In this document: positions 51,985 through 62,665 of the stretch, one piece after another | Layout: each line of letters starts with the position of its first letter | Position numbering within the stretch: the stretch's first letter is position 1 | Assembly (NCBI GenBank): GCA_963677595.1 | Contig: OY782041.1 | Location: 2,144,001 to 2,208,000 of the forward strand | Origin: Spirochaetia bacterium | GTDB taxonomy: Bacteria; Spirochaetota; Spirochaetia; CAKZLE01 | DNA length: 64,000 nucleotides | Reading direction: 5' to 3' | The notes under the pieces: generated by a model | The model's input: only the letters and a program-made list of their open reading frames with translations | Databases searched by the model: none | What the model was told of the DNA's origin: nothing | Position numbers and translations under genes: made by a program

Positions 51985-52662
51985 GTGAGAAAGATTCAAG
52001 TTGCCATTTTCGTTTTGATTACTATTGTACTTTTCGTATCTTGTGTGTCTTCTAGTGAGTATGTGGGTATTCTTGGAAAATTACCAGCAAATTGGTGGGA
52101 AAAAGATATCGCAGAAATTCAAAATCGATTCAGGAATACAAGCACAGGTGAATCAAAGAATGTTCTTATATTTGTTGGATATAGCGATTTCCCTTCAAAT
52201 AAAACGCAAACGATAGCAATCTATCAAGCCCGACTAGATGCACAAATGCAGCTATCACAATATCTAACCCAAAAATTAACAGGTATTGTCCAATCAAAGA
52301 ACTTCTCCACTACATTAGAAGAGGAACTTAAAGATGCTGGAGCTTCTAATGAAGAAATTATTACCTCAAAAGGTATATTAGAATCTGCCTTCTCACAGTT
52401 TATGTCAGACTTTGCTTCAACTCAGTTTTCATCTTTTAAAGAGGAAAGTCATCATACAAACAAAGCTGATGGGTATTATGAAGCATGGGTTTGTTATTCT
52501 GTATCAGATCAAATTCTTGAAGAGAGTCAAAAATTACAAGATCAAGCTTTCAGAACATTACTAGAAGAATCTGGAGCATATAAAGAAACTATGATAGCTG
52601 TTAATGAAGAAATAGCTCTTCAAGTTAAAGATGCACTGATCTCGGAAGTATTTAATGAATAA
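51985..52662 (+). CDS. Lipoprotein, LPP20-like
   Basis: Lipobox FVSC; PANWW, FVGYS, AIYQARLDAQMQLS, YYEAWVCY pattern. Confidence 0.6.
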   Translation: MRKIQVAIFVLITIVLFVSCVSSSEYVGILGKLPANWWEKDIAEIQNRFRNTSTGESKNVLIFVGYSDFPSNKTQTIAIYQARLDAQMQLSQYLTQKLTGIVQSKNFSTTLEEELKDAGASNEEIITSKGILESAFSQFMSDFASTQFSSFKEESHHTNKADGYYEAWVCYSVSDQILEESQKLQDQAFRTLLEESGAYKETMIAVNEEIALQVKDALISEVFNE

Positions 52663-52710
52663 ACAGTTCCTATACGGTGACCTCTAATGGATCACCGTAA
52701 GAGAATTTTT

Positions 52711-54081
52711 ATGAAAGAAATTAAATACTTATTCTTTATAATAATAATATCTCACTTTCCCATCCTTATTGGTTGTACATCTTTGCAGGATACTACACCG
52801 AATTGGATAAGCATAACACCCGAGAGGAATGAGAATGTAGAATTCTTTGTTGGAGGACCAAGTACAGATATTGCTGAATCAAAAGAGATGGCTCTCTCTG
52901 AAATATCACATACTATTTCTACAGCAGTGAGTGCAATAAGTTCTTCATACACATATGCCTCCTATGAAGACATCAATGAAAGTATTAATGAGAAAATGCT
53001 ATCTACATTTGACAACTCATCTGAAGCAATAAGTTTTACAGTTTTTTCAGGAGTGAAAATAATTGAACGATGGTATGATCCTAACAATGACGAGTGGTGG
53101 GTATTAGCTTCGGTTTGTCAGTCTGATTTACTTAAAGGGATAGATGAAACTGCTGAGCAAATTGAGAAGAATGCAGAAGAAAAGCTGCAGTTTTCTAATC
53201 AAGTGAAACAGTTAGTAGAATCAATTACGGAAAGCGAATCAAAGTCAGGATTCTTTGATTTGTTGCTACGCTATATTGAAGTTTATAATCTTTTCCCAAG
53301 TAGTCAGTATAGAGATCATATTTATGCTGAGATTGATGGGCAGTATCTGAATATTTTCTCCTTCATTAAAACTAAAATAAATCAGTTATTAGCCAGCAAC
53401 ACTATCACTGCTGAGCCCCAGAATACTATCCTGATGAAAAACAATAATAAGACCATCATATTATCCAGGGAACCCAATAAGGATCATCTTGGAAAACTGA
53501 GAATGGTCGTTGAGAATGGTACTAAGGAAATAATCTACAGCGATCTGTGGGACTTAACACAACCCATCTGTGATTTGAAAATCTCAAGCGAAAAGTTACC
53601 TATGGGGGAATCTCTACTACATATCTATCCTGACTATACTAGTGTGGGTATAATGATACCCGAAGAAATGGTTATCCCGGTCTTGAATATTCCTATCACG
53701 ATCATTGATCAGATACCAAGCGTTGAGTTTGATTTATCGAAAAGTATCCTTATAGAAAATGTTAGCGAGCATCTTGAGGCACTACTGACTGATAAGTCTG
53801 TTGATTACATTATCTCGGATGAAGAGTCTTTTCCCAAAATAGTTATTTCACTGAATCAGGAGGAAGGTTCCAAGCTTGGAGCCATGCAGGCAGTACGCAC
53901 TGAAATAGTTATTTCGTATGAAGCTGAAAAAGGGGAGTCTTATGTCTTTATTTCGGCCCCAGTTAAAGGTTATGGGAGTAGTTTAAGGGAAGCCGCAAAG
54001 GACTCTTTTCAGAAAGCATTAGCGGAAACACAAATGAATCCGCAGTGTGGTGCATTTATTGAGAGTTATATAACCAAGTAA
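52711..54081 (+). CDS. Lipoprotein with N-terminal LPP20-like domain
   Basis: Lipobox LIGC; PNWI, FFVG, ALSEISHTI, GVKIIERWYD..WWVLASV. Confidence 0.7.
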   Translation: MKEIKYLFFIIIISHFPILIGCTSLQDTTPNWISITPERNENVEFFVGGPSTDIAESKEMALSEISHTISTAVSAISSSYTYASYEDINESINEKMLSTFDNSSEAISFTVFSGVKIIERWYDPNNDEWWVLASVCQSDLLKGIDETAEQIEKNAEEKLQFSNQVKQLVESITESESKSGFFDLLLRYIEVYNLFPSSQYRDHIYAEIDGQYLNIFSFIKTKINQLLASNTITAEPQNTILMKNNNKTIILSREPNKDHLGKLRMVVENGTKEIIYSDLWDLTQPICDLKISSEKLPMGESLLHIYPDYTSVGIMIPEEMVIPVLNIPITIIDQIPSVEFDLSKSILIENVSEHLEALLTDKSVDYIISDEESFPKIVISLNQEEGSKLGAMQAVRTEIVISYEAEKGESYVFISAPVKGYGSSLREAAKDSFQKALAETQMNPQCGAFIESYITK

Positions 54082-54151
54082 ATAGAAGAGATTAACAAAT
54101 CTCTAGCTTTATGGATTTTAAAGTACTACATGCTATCGGAGGGGAAGAAAG

Positions 54152-54967
54152 ATGATTACAAAAAAACTATGGATGCTTATAGGTTTAATACTAATGATAT
54201 CATCAACCGTATTCGCACTTGATATAAATACTGTAGCAGTTATCCCCTTTGATGGTAAGGTAATATCACAGGAAGAAGCAACTACCTTGTCTAATACACT
54301 GCAAAATAGATTAGCCCAATATGGTACTTACGATCTTGTGAGTAGAATTAAGATTAATGAAGTAATGAAAGAACATGAATTCTCATCTTCTGATTTTGTT
54401 AACCAAGAAACTGCAATTCGAGCAGGAGAACTACTATCAGCACATTGGTTATTCGTAGGATCCGTTAGTAAACTTGGTAATGCTTACCTTGTTTATGTTG
54501 AATTGGTTAATACTGAAACTGGAAGGATTGTTACGGGTGCTGATGGGGAAGCAAAGACAATAGAAGGTCTAAAAACAGAAGTTGAGAATTTAGCAAAGAA
54601 GTTATCAACCTTTGTCTTATCCAGCTTTAACTATTCATTTGATGTATCTGGTACAGTCATGCTCCATAATCTGGATATACATTCCCTTGGGGTAAATTTA
54701 GGTTTCACCTATAACCTGATAAGAGGTATCTCAGCTGGAGCCTGGATTGGTATGCATGTCCGCAGTGAAGATAGTGAAATGGATCTGATGTATGGTGGGA
54801 CCCTTATGCTGGGGGATCCCAGAAAACAAGCACTTACTGTCAAGGTGGGGCACATACCCGCAATAGGGATTGTTTTCCACCAAGCCTTCATTGAAGTTTC
54901 TCCGCTCATGTTGTTAGGGTATGAAGATGCAATGGGTATCTCAATGGGGTATTCAGTTTGTTTTTAG
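54152..54967 (+). CDS. CsgG/HfaB (TolB_N-like) domain protein with C-terminal beta-strand region
   Basis: SPI signal; VAVIPF, LVSRIKINEVMKEHEF, AGELLSAHWLFVGSV, LVNTETGRIV; terminal GISMGYSVCF resembles an outer-membrane beta signal. Confidence 0.75.
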   Translation: MITKKLWMLIGLILMISSTVFALDINTVAVIPFDGKVISQEEATTLSNTLQNRLAQYGTYDLVSRIKINEVMKEHEFSSSDFVNQETAIRAGELLSAHWLFVGSVSKLGNAYLVYVELVNTETGRIVTGADGEAKTIEGLKTEVENLAKKLSTFVLSSFNYSFDVSGTVMLHNLDIHSLGVNLGFTYNLIRGISAGAWIGMHVRSEDSEMDLMYGGTLMLGDPRKQALTVKVGHIPAIGIVFHQAFIEVSPLMLLGYEDAMGISMGYSVCF

Positions 54968-54977
54968 GTAAGAATGT

Positions 54978-56873
54978 ATGAAAAAAAGTTTTATATTGCT
55001 GAGTATCTTGGTTTTCACTATTGCAGGATTGCTTTTGAGCTGCGATCTATTCTCATTGGATGAGTGGTTTGATTTTCCAACCAAAGCCATAATCACAACA
55101 GAAGATACTGGTGAAGTGAAAATCGGGGATACCATTACCCTTAATGGCAACACCAGTGTATGCGGCATGAATGAAACTTTGACCTACTCTTGGGAGATCA
55201 CCCAAAAGCCAGCAGGATCAACTGTAGCCTTAGAGACTCCAACGTCAAAACAATCGTCGTTAATTCCCGATTATGCAGGTATCTATAACATAAGACTAAC
55301 AGTAGAGGACGACGATGAAGATAGTGATAGCTGTGAATATACCCTAGAGGTATCAGCAGTCATCACCGCTTCAGCCGGAACAGGAGGGAGTATCAACCCG
55401 AGTGGAGATGTAAGTGTAACTTATGGAAGTGATAAGACGTTTACGATAACACCAGAAACAGGGTATGAGGTTTCTGATGTGCTCGTTGATGGAGTGAGTG
55501 TTGGAGCTGTTACGAGTCATACCTTCGATGATGTAACTGAGAACCATACGATAAGTGCAACGTTCTCATTAGTTGAGTATGTGATTACTGCCACCGCAGG
55601 AACAGGAGGAAGCATCAGTTCGAGTGGGGATGTGAGTGTGACTCATGGGAATGATAAGACGTTTACAATAACACCAGAAACAGGATATGAGATTTCAGAT
55701 GTTCTTGTAGATGGGACGAGTGTTGGAGCGGTTTCAAACTATACATTCACAGATGTGATAGAAAACCATACGATTAGTGCGACATTCGCATTAGTTGAGT
55801 ATGTGATTACTGCCACCGCAGGAACAGGAGGAAGCATCAGTTCGAGTGGGGATGTAAGTGTAACGCATGGGAATGATAAGACGTTTACAATAACACCAGA
55901 AACAGGATATGAGATTTCAGATGTTCTGGTTGATGGGACAAGTGTTGGTACGGTTTCAAACTATACATTCACAGATGTGATAGAAAACCATACGATCAGT
56001 GTGACGTTCTCATTAGTTGAGTATGTGATTACTGCCACTGCAGGAACTGGAGGAAACATCAGTCCGAGTGGGGATGTGAGTATAACCCATGGGAGCGATA
56101 AGACATTTACGATAACACCAAATACTGGATATGAGATCTCTGATGTATTGGTAGATGGGACAAGTGTTGGAGTTGTAACGAGTCATACTTTCAATGATGT
56201 AATAGAGACTCATACGATTAGTGTGACATTCGTGCAGAGTGAACTCACAATTACATTTAATAAGAATGCAACAGATGCAATAGGCACAATGCCTACAGAG
56301 ACTGTAACAAATGGGGAAGAGATAACTCTACCTGCAGTTGGGTTCAGCAGGTCTGGATATACCTTCTCTGGTTGGTCATTGAGTGCTAGTGGTGCAGTAG
56401 TGTATGAAGATCAGGTAACAGTGACGATGGGTTCTTCAGATGTAACATTGTATGCGGTGTGGGAAATTACAGAGTACAGTATTGGTTCTTTAGGTCCAGC
56501 CGGTGGGTATATATTTTATGATAAAGGTACATATTCCGATGAATGGAGATATTTAGAAGCAGCACCATATGGATGGTATAGTGGAGCAGTCGATCCACTT
56601 AAAGATTGGATGAACGCCTTATTAGTATGTGCAGATATTGAAATTCAGGGATTTTCTGATTGGGAATTACCATCAAAACAGTATTTAGATTTAATGTATC
56701 ATAACTTGCATGTTTTAGGTCTCGGAAGTTTTACAAGTGGATCTTATTATAGCTCAACAAGGTATGATGATGAAAATGTTTGGTCTTTAAACTTCAATAT
56801 CCAATATGATGGATATTGGCATGATGATAATACGTCTCTTCAAAGATATGTACGTCCGATAAGGAAATTTTAG
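54978..56873 (+). CDS. Surface lipoprotein 1: PKD-like + 4x 74-aa repeats + 1 InlB-B/Flg_new repeat + DUF1566-like tip
   Basis: Lipobox LLSC; GPAGGYIFYDKG..WRYLEAAP, DWELPS, YVRPIRKF. Confidence 0.8.
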   Translation: MKKSFILLSILVFTIAGLLLSCDLFSLDEWFDFPTKAIITTEDTGEVKIGDTITLNGNTSVCGMNETLTYSWEITQKPAGSTVALETPTSKQSSLIPDYAGIYNIRLTVEDDDEDSDSCEYTLEVSAVITASAGTGGSINPSGDVSVTYGSDKTFTITPETGYEVSDVLVDGVSVGAVTSHTFDDVTENHTISATFSLVEYVITATAGTGGSISSSGDVSVTHGNDKTFTITPETGYEISDVLVDGTSVGAVSNYTFTDVIENHTISATFALVEYVITATAGTGGSISSSGDVSVTHGNDKTFTITPETGYEISDVLVDGTSVGTVSNYTFTDVIENHTISVTFSLVEYVITATAGTGGNISPSGDVSITHGSDKTFTITPNTGYEISDVLVDGTSVGVVTSHTFNDVIETHTISVTFVQSELTITFNKNATDAIGTMPTETVTNGEEITLPAVGFSRSGYTFSGWSLSASGAVVYEDQVTVTMGSSDVTLYAVWEITEYSIGSLGPAGGYIFYDKGTYSDEWRYLEAAPYGWYSGAVDPLKDWMNALLVCADIEIQGFSDWELPSKQYLDLMYHNLHVLGLGSFTSGSYYSSTRYDDENVWSLNFNIQYDGYWHDDNTSLQRYVRPIRKF

Positions 56874-56915
56874 ATTTGCATTTCTTGAGATAAAAAAATT
56901 TTAGGGATTTCTAAA

Positions 56916-59900
56916 ATGGGGAAAAAAGTACTAATAATAAGTTTAATTGCTTGCTTTTTTTTCAATGTAATAAGTTGTGATCTCTTTTCTTTAGAAGAAT
57001 GGTTTGATTTCCCAACTAAAGCCGTTATCACAACGAATGATATCTCTGATATACATATAGGAGAAACTGTTTCTCTTGATGGTAGTACCAGTGAATGTGG
57101 CATGAATGAGACTTTGATTTATACATGGGAAATAGCAGAAAAACCATTAGGATCAATAGCTACTCTTGATCATCCTACATCTAAAACTTCTTCTTTTACT
57201 CCAGATTATGCAGGAACTTATATAATTAGCCTAACCGTAGTAGATGATGATGAAGATAGCAATAGCTGTAACTATTCAATCGATGTTTCCGCTATTATTA
57301 CTACTTCAGCTGGAACAGGAGGGAGTATCACCCCTAGTGGGGCTGTGAGTGTTACACAGGGGAGTGATAAGACCTTTACCATTACACCAGAAACAGGGTA
57401 TGAGATATCTGATGTGTTCGTAGATGGCGAAAGTGTTGGAGCTGTAACGAGTCATACCTTTAGTGATGTAACTGAGAACCATACTATCAGTGCGTCGTTC
57501 TTATTAGTTGAATATGTCATAACAGCATCCGCGGGAACTGGGGGAAGTATCAATCCGAGCGGAGATGTGAGTGTAACTCATGGAAGTGATAAAACGTTTA
57601 CGATTACCTCAGAGACAGGATATGAGGTGTCTGATGTACTTGTAGATGGAAAGAGTGTTGGAGCTGTTACGAGTCATACCTTCGATGATGTAACTGAGAA
57701 CCATACGATAAGTGTAACATTCTCATTAGTTGATTATGTAATTACTGCTTCAGCCGGAACAGGAGGGAGTATCAATCCGAGCGGAGATGTGAGTGTAACG
57801 CATGGGGATGATCAGACATTCACCATTACACCAGAAACAGGGTATGAGATAGCAGATGTGTTCGTAGATGGCGAAAGTGTTGGAGCTGTAACGAGTCATA
57901 CCTTCAATGATGTAACTGAGAACCATACGATAAGTGCAACATTCTCATTGGTAGATTATGTAATTACTGCTTCGGCTGGAACAGGAGGGAGTATCAATCC
58001 GAGCGGAGATGTGAGTGTAACGCATGGGGATGATAAGACATTCACCATTACACCAGAAACAGGATATGAGGTATCTGATGTGCTCGTTGATGAAGTGAGT
58101 GTTGGAGCTGTAACGAGTTATACTTTTTATGATGTAACAGAGAACCATACTATCAGTGTTTCATTCGTTTTAGGTGAATATACAATTACATTTTATAAGA
58201 ATGCGACAGATGCGATAGGAGTAATGCCACCAGAAGATGTTATAAATGGAGAAACAATAGTCTTACCTATTGTTGGATTCAGTAGAGCAGGGTATACCTT
58301 TTCTGGATGGTCTACAAGTTCCGGTGGTGAAGTGGAATTTACTGATCAATCATCATTTACAGTTGGATCCTCGAATGTCACACTATTTGCGATATGGGAA
58401 GGTAATACATATATAATCACATTTGATAAAAATGATGAAAGTGCAATAGGAACTATGCCAGACCAGAATGTAAAAAGTGGTATTGTAGTAAATCTTAATG
58501 CAAATGTGTATGAAAAAGTCGGAAGTATTTTTACTGGTTGGGCAACTAATCCTAGTGGGCCTGTAGTATACGAAGACCAAGCTTCTTTCATGATTGGTAT
58601 TTCAAATGTGACACTATATGCGCAATGGGAAGAAGTGAAGAACTTGCTTCCTACAAATGGCACTACAACAATTGATACTACACCTACTTTCAGTTGGAGT
58701 GAGATTAACTATTCAACTGGATATCATTTTCAGCTAGTTAAAGATGAAGCACTTTTTGATTCTAGTGATTATATCCCTGTAACTTCAAATTCTTATGTCC
58801 CAGAGGAAGTATTAGATAATTTGAGTACATATTATTGGCGGTTACGAGTAGCTAACAATGAAAAACTGGGTAGCTGGACAGAAGCCAATTCTTTCAGTAT
58901 TGATTTTGGTGATGTAAATAATCTTCTACCAGTAAGTGGTTCTGGAACATCCGACACTACTCCTTTATTTAGCTGGGATGAAGTACCAGGAGCTATAAAC
59001 TATGAATTTCAAATATCTGAAAGTGAACCAGATTTAGATACTGCTACTAAAGAAAATTGTGTTTCAAATGAGTACGAACCCTCTAACGCGCTAGAAAACA
59101 CAAAAACGTATTATTGGCGTGTGAGAGCGAGAAATAATGATGGAGTATATGGAGAGTGGAGTGGTAATAACAGTATTTCAATCAATTGGTTGGGAGAAAT
59201 TACTGATAAAGTCCCAGTTGATGGATCTGTAACGATTGATCAGACCCCAAGATTAAGTTGGGATGTAAATGATAGTGCTACCTCATATGAATTACAGTTT
59301 TCTGAAGTTGGATTTGATTTAAATGATTCCGAAATTCGAATCATAGACAATAAGTATTTCTATCTTGAAGATGAATTAATCATTGGTGAAGAATATCAGT
59401 GGCGAGTTAGGGCTAAAGATAGTGGAGGCTCTTATGGTTCTTGGAGCGAAATAAACAAGTTTACTGTAAAATCATCCTTCTCAATTCGAGATACTAGAAC
59501 AAAAGGGAGCATTATATTCTATGACAAGGGATCATATAGTGATGGTTGGAGATATTTAGAAGTCGCACCCTATGGTTGGTATAACGGGGGGAATGATCCA
59601 TTATATGATTGGGGTGTTTGGTCCTATACTGTGAGTCCCTCTGCAACAGCTAGAGGAATCGGATATGGAAGTATAAATACAACTAATATCGTTTTATTTC
59701 ATGATCGCCTTGGAACAGAGGGGTATCTCGGTTATGCAGAAGGATGGGGAAGTTATTATGAAAATCCTTCGGCATATAATACTTGGAGTAATGGGCAGGT
59801 AGCTGCAAAACTTTGTGTAGAGGCTGAGATTGTAGGATATACTGATTGGTTCTTACCTTCAGCAGATGAATTAAAACAAATCTACAATATTCTATATCTC

Positions 59901-60056
59901 TCAGGAATCGGTAACTTTATGGCGAATGGTACACCATATTGGAGTTCAAGTGAATATGATTCAAAAGAAGCAATGAGATTAGGATTTAATCCATATTATT
60001 ACAAAGATCTTTCAAAATCATCTAGTTGTTATATTAGGCCTGTTAGGAGTTTCTAG
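56916..60056 (+). CDS. Surface lipoprotein 2: PKD-like + 4 repeats + 2 Flg_new + 3 Fn3-like + DUF1566-like tip
   Basis: Lipobox VISC; three TP.(F/L)SW...Y.WR.R units; IFYDKGSYSDGWRYLEVAP, DWFLPS, YIRPVRSF. Confidence 0.8.
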   Translation: MGKKVLIISLIACFFFNVISCDLFSLEEWFDFPTKAVITTNDISDIHIGETVSLDGSTSECGMNETLIYTWEIAEKPLGSIATLDHPTSKTSSFTPDYAGTYIISLTVVDDDEDSNSCNYSIDVSAIITTSAGTGGSITPSGAVSVTQGSDKTFTITPETGYEISDVFVDGESVGAVTSHTFSDVTENHTISASFLLVEYVITASAGTGGSINPSGDVSVTHGSDKTFTITSETGYEVSDVLVDGKSVGAVTSHTFDDVTENHTISVTFSLVDYVITASAGTGGSINPSGDVSVTHGDDQTFTITPETGYEIADVFVDGESVGAVTSHTFNDVTENHTISATFSLVDYVITASAGTGGSINPSGDVSVTHGDDKTFTITPETGYEVSDVLVDEVSVGAVTSYTFYDVTENHTISVSFVLGEYTITFYKNATDAIGVMPPEDVINGETIVLPIVGFSRAGYTFSGWSTSSGGEVEFTDQSSFTVGSSNVTLFAIWEGNTYIITFDKNDESAIGTMPDQNVKSGIVVNLNANVYEKVGSIFTGWATNPSGPVVYEDQASFMIGISNVTLYAQWEEVKNLLPTNGTTTIDTTPTFSWSEINYSTGYHFQLVKDEALFDSSDYIPVTSNSYVPEEVLDNLSTYYWRLRVANNEKLGSWTEANSFSIDFGDVNNLLPVSGSGTSDTTPLFSWDEVPGAINYEFQISESEPDLDTATKENCVSNEYEPSNALENTKTYYWRVRARNNDGVYGEWSGNNSISINWLGEITDKVPVDGSVTIDQTPRLSWDVNDSATSYELQFSEVGFDLNDSEIRIIDNKYFYLEDELIIGEEYQWRVRAKDSGGSYGSWSEINKFTVKSSFSIRDTRTKGSIIFYDKGSYSDGWRYLEVAPYGWYNGGNDPLYDWGVWSYTVSPSATARGIGYGSINTTNIVLFHDRLGTEGYLGYAEGWGSYYENPSAYNTWSNGQVAAKLCVEAEIVGYTDWFLPSADELKQIYNILYLSGIGNFMANGTPYWSSSEYDSKEAMRLGFNPYYYKDLSKSSSCYIRPVRSF

Positions 60057-60130
60057 TAGTAAGATGATTTATGTAGAAAATTTTTGTAATTATAAATATT
60101 TATTAAAGAACATTTATAAGGTTTTGAGTT

Positions 60131-62554
60131 ATGAAAAGAAGTCTGGTACTATTTACTATCTTAGTAGTCATTATAGCATGTCTGATCAGCTGTGATCTAT
60201 TCTCCTTAGAGGATTGGTTCGACTTTGCAACAAAAGCAGTAATCACTTCTAATGATACCTCTGATATACATATAGGAGAAGCTGTTTCTCTTGATGGTAG
60301 CACCAGTGAATGTGGCATGAATGAGACTTTGATTTATACATGGGAAATAGCAGAAAAACCATTAGGATCAATAGCTACTCTTGATCATCCTACATCTAAA
60401 ACTTCTTCTTTTACTCCAGATTATGCAGGAACTTATATAATTAGCCTAACCGTAGTAGATGATGATGAAGATAGCAATAACTGTAACTATTCAATCGATG
60501 TTTCCGCTATTATTACTGCTTCAGCTGGAACAGGAGGGAGTATCACCCCTAGTGGGGCTGTGAGTGTTACACAGGGGAGTGATAAGACATTCACGATTAC
60601 ACCAGAAATAGGTTATGAGATAACAGATATCGTAGTGGATGATAGTAGCATAGGGGCTGTATCTACATACACCTTCTCAGATGTTTCAGAGAACCATACA
60701 ATCAATGCGACATTCTCATTAGTAGATTATGTCATTTCTGCTTCAGCAGGAACTGGAGGAAGTATTAGTCCAAATGGCGATGTAAGTGTAACTTATGGAA
60801 GTGATAAGGCGTTTACGATTACCTCAGAGACAGGATATGAGGTGTTTGATGTACTTGTAGATGGAAAGAGTGTTGGAGCTGTTACGAGTCATACCTTCAA
60901 TGATGTAACTGAGAACCATACGATAAGTGCAACATTCTCATTGGTAGATTATGTAATTACTGCTTCGGCTGGAACAGGAGGGAGTATCAATCCGAGCGGA
61001 GATGTGAGTGTAACGCATGGGGATGATCAGACATTCACCCTTACACCAGAAACAGGATATGAGGTATCTGATGTGCTCGTTGATGAAGTGAGTGTTGGAG
61101 CTGTAACAAGTTATACTTTTTATGATGTAACAGAGAACCATACTATCAGTGCGTCGTTCTTATTAGTTGAATATGTCATAACAGCATCCGCGGGAACTGG
61201 GGGAAGTATCAATCCGAGCGGAGATGTAAGTGTAACTCATGGGGATGATCAGACATTTACGATAACTCCAAATACTGGATATGAGATCTCTGATGTTCTA
61301 GTGGATGGATTGAGTGTAGGTGCAGTGATAAGCTATACGTTCATTGATGTGACAGAGAATCATACGATCAATGCGTCGTTCTCATTAGTTGAATATGTCA
61401 TAACAGTATCAGCAGGGACAGGGGGCAGTATTACTCCAAATGGCGATGTAAGTGTAACACATGGAAGTAATAAGACATTTACGATTACATCAGAGACAGG
61501 ATATGAGGTGTCTGATGTGCTAATAGATGGATCTAGTGTTGGAGCTGTAACGAGTCATACCTTCTATGATGTAACTGAGAACCATACGATCAGTGCGTTG
61601 TTCACATTAATTGAATATGTCATAACAGCATCAGCGGGGACTGGAGGGAATATCAGCCCAAGTGGCGATGTAAGTATAACTCATGGGAGTGATAAGACGT
61701 ACACCATCACACCAAATACAGGATATGAGATATCTGATGTACTCGTAGATGGATCTAGTGTTGGAGCTGTAACGAGTCATACTTTCAATGATGTGACTGA
61801 GAACCATACGATCAGTGTTACTTTTTCTCAGAGTGAATTTACCATTACATTTATTAAAAATGCTGCTGATGCAACTGGTACTATGTCTTCTGAAACAGTA
61901 AAAAGTGGAGATGCAATTTCTCTTCCTACCGTTGGATACACCAGAGTAGGGTATACCTTCTCAGGTTGGGCAACGAGTTCTGAAGGGATCGTAGTATATG
62001 CTAATCAGGCGTCGTTTACAATGGATTCTTCGGATATGACGTTATATGCAATTTGGACACGTAAAGAGTATGCTATTGGGACAGTAGGTCCTGGAGGCGG
62101 TTATGTTTTTTATGATAAAGGGTCTGATGTTGACGGTTGGCGGTATATTGAAGCGGCGCCATATGGTTGGTTTGATGGAGGAGATGATCCGCTGATGATT
62201 TGGGGTGGGTATGGAATTAGTATTGGTACAGCAGAATCGGTGGGTACTGGTCGGAATAATACTGAATTAATTGTAAATGAATTAGGAAATAATTATTATG
62301 CTGCAAAAATATGTGAATCTGCAATAATTAATGATCTATCAGATTGGTTTTTACCTTCGATTGAAGAAGTTAATTTAATGTATGATATTCTGTTATTAAA
62401 CAATCTCGGGAATCTCTTAAATGAGTATGATTATTGGAGTTCTTCAGATTCAGATAGTATTTCTCATGCTTTATCTAAATTGTTTAGTAATGGTGGCGTT
62501 ATGGGGGAATTAAAAAATACTCATAATTGGGTAAGACCTGTTAGATATTTCTAG
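60131..62554 (+). CDS. Surface lipoprotein 3: PKD-like + 6 repeats + 1 Flg_new + DUF1566-like tip
   Basis: Lipobox LISC; GPGGGYVFYDKG, DWFLPS, YWSSS, WVRPVRYF. Confidence 0.8.
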   Translation: MKRSLVLFTILVVIIACLISCDLFSLEDWFDFATKAVITSNDTSDIHIGEAVSLDGSTSECGMNETLIYTWEIAEKPLGSIATLDHPTSKTSSFTPDYAGTYIISLTVVDDDEDSNNCNYSIDVSAIITASAGTGGSITPSGAVSVTQGSDKTFTITPEIGYEITDIVVDDSSIGAVSTYTFSDVSENHTINATFSLVDYVISASAGTGGSISPNGDVSVTYGSDKAFTITSETGYEVFDVLVDGKSVGAVTSHTFNDVTENHTISATFSLVDYVITASAGTGGSINPSGDVSVTHGDDQTFTLTPETGYEVSDVLVDEVSVGAVTSYTFYDVTENHTISASFLLVEYVITASAGTGGSINPSGDVSVTHGDDQTFTITPNTGYEISDVLVDGLSVGAVISYTFIDVTENHTINASFSLVEYVITVSAGTGGSITPNGDVSVTHGSNKTFTITSETGYEVSDVLIDGSSVGAVTSHTFYDVTENHTISALFTLIEYVITASAGTGGNISPSGDVSITHGSDKTYTITPNTGYEISDVLVDGSSVGAVTSHTFNDVTENHTISVTFSQSEFTITFIKNAADATGTMSSETVKSGDAISLPTVGYTRVGYTFSGWATSSEGIVVYANQASFTMDSSDMTLYAIWTRKEYAIGTVGPGGGYVFYDKGSDVDGWRYIEAAPYGWFDGGDDPLMIWGGYGISIGTAESVGTGRNNTELIVNELGNNYYAAKICESAIINDLSDWFLPSIEEVNLMYDILLLNNLGNLLNEYDYWSSSDSDSISHALSKLFSNGGVMGELKNTHNWVRPVRYF

Positions 62555-62665
62555 GGTTTAGAAAATGTTTTTTGTATACCTCATATTGGTACCTAATACA
62601 GTCAAAAAAACATTAGATATTTCTGTGGGATATTTTGTTTGTAGGGCGGAAACTTAGGGTATAAA

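Noticed and set aside
54978-62554. Diversity-generating retroelement targeting the DUF1566-like tips
   Set aside because: No reverse transcriptase, Avd or template repeat in the window; the three tips differ in length and at all base types, not only at adenines. A remote DGR cannot be excluded.
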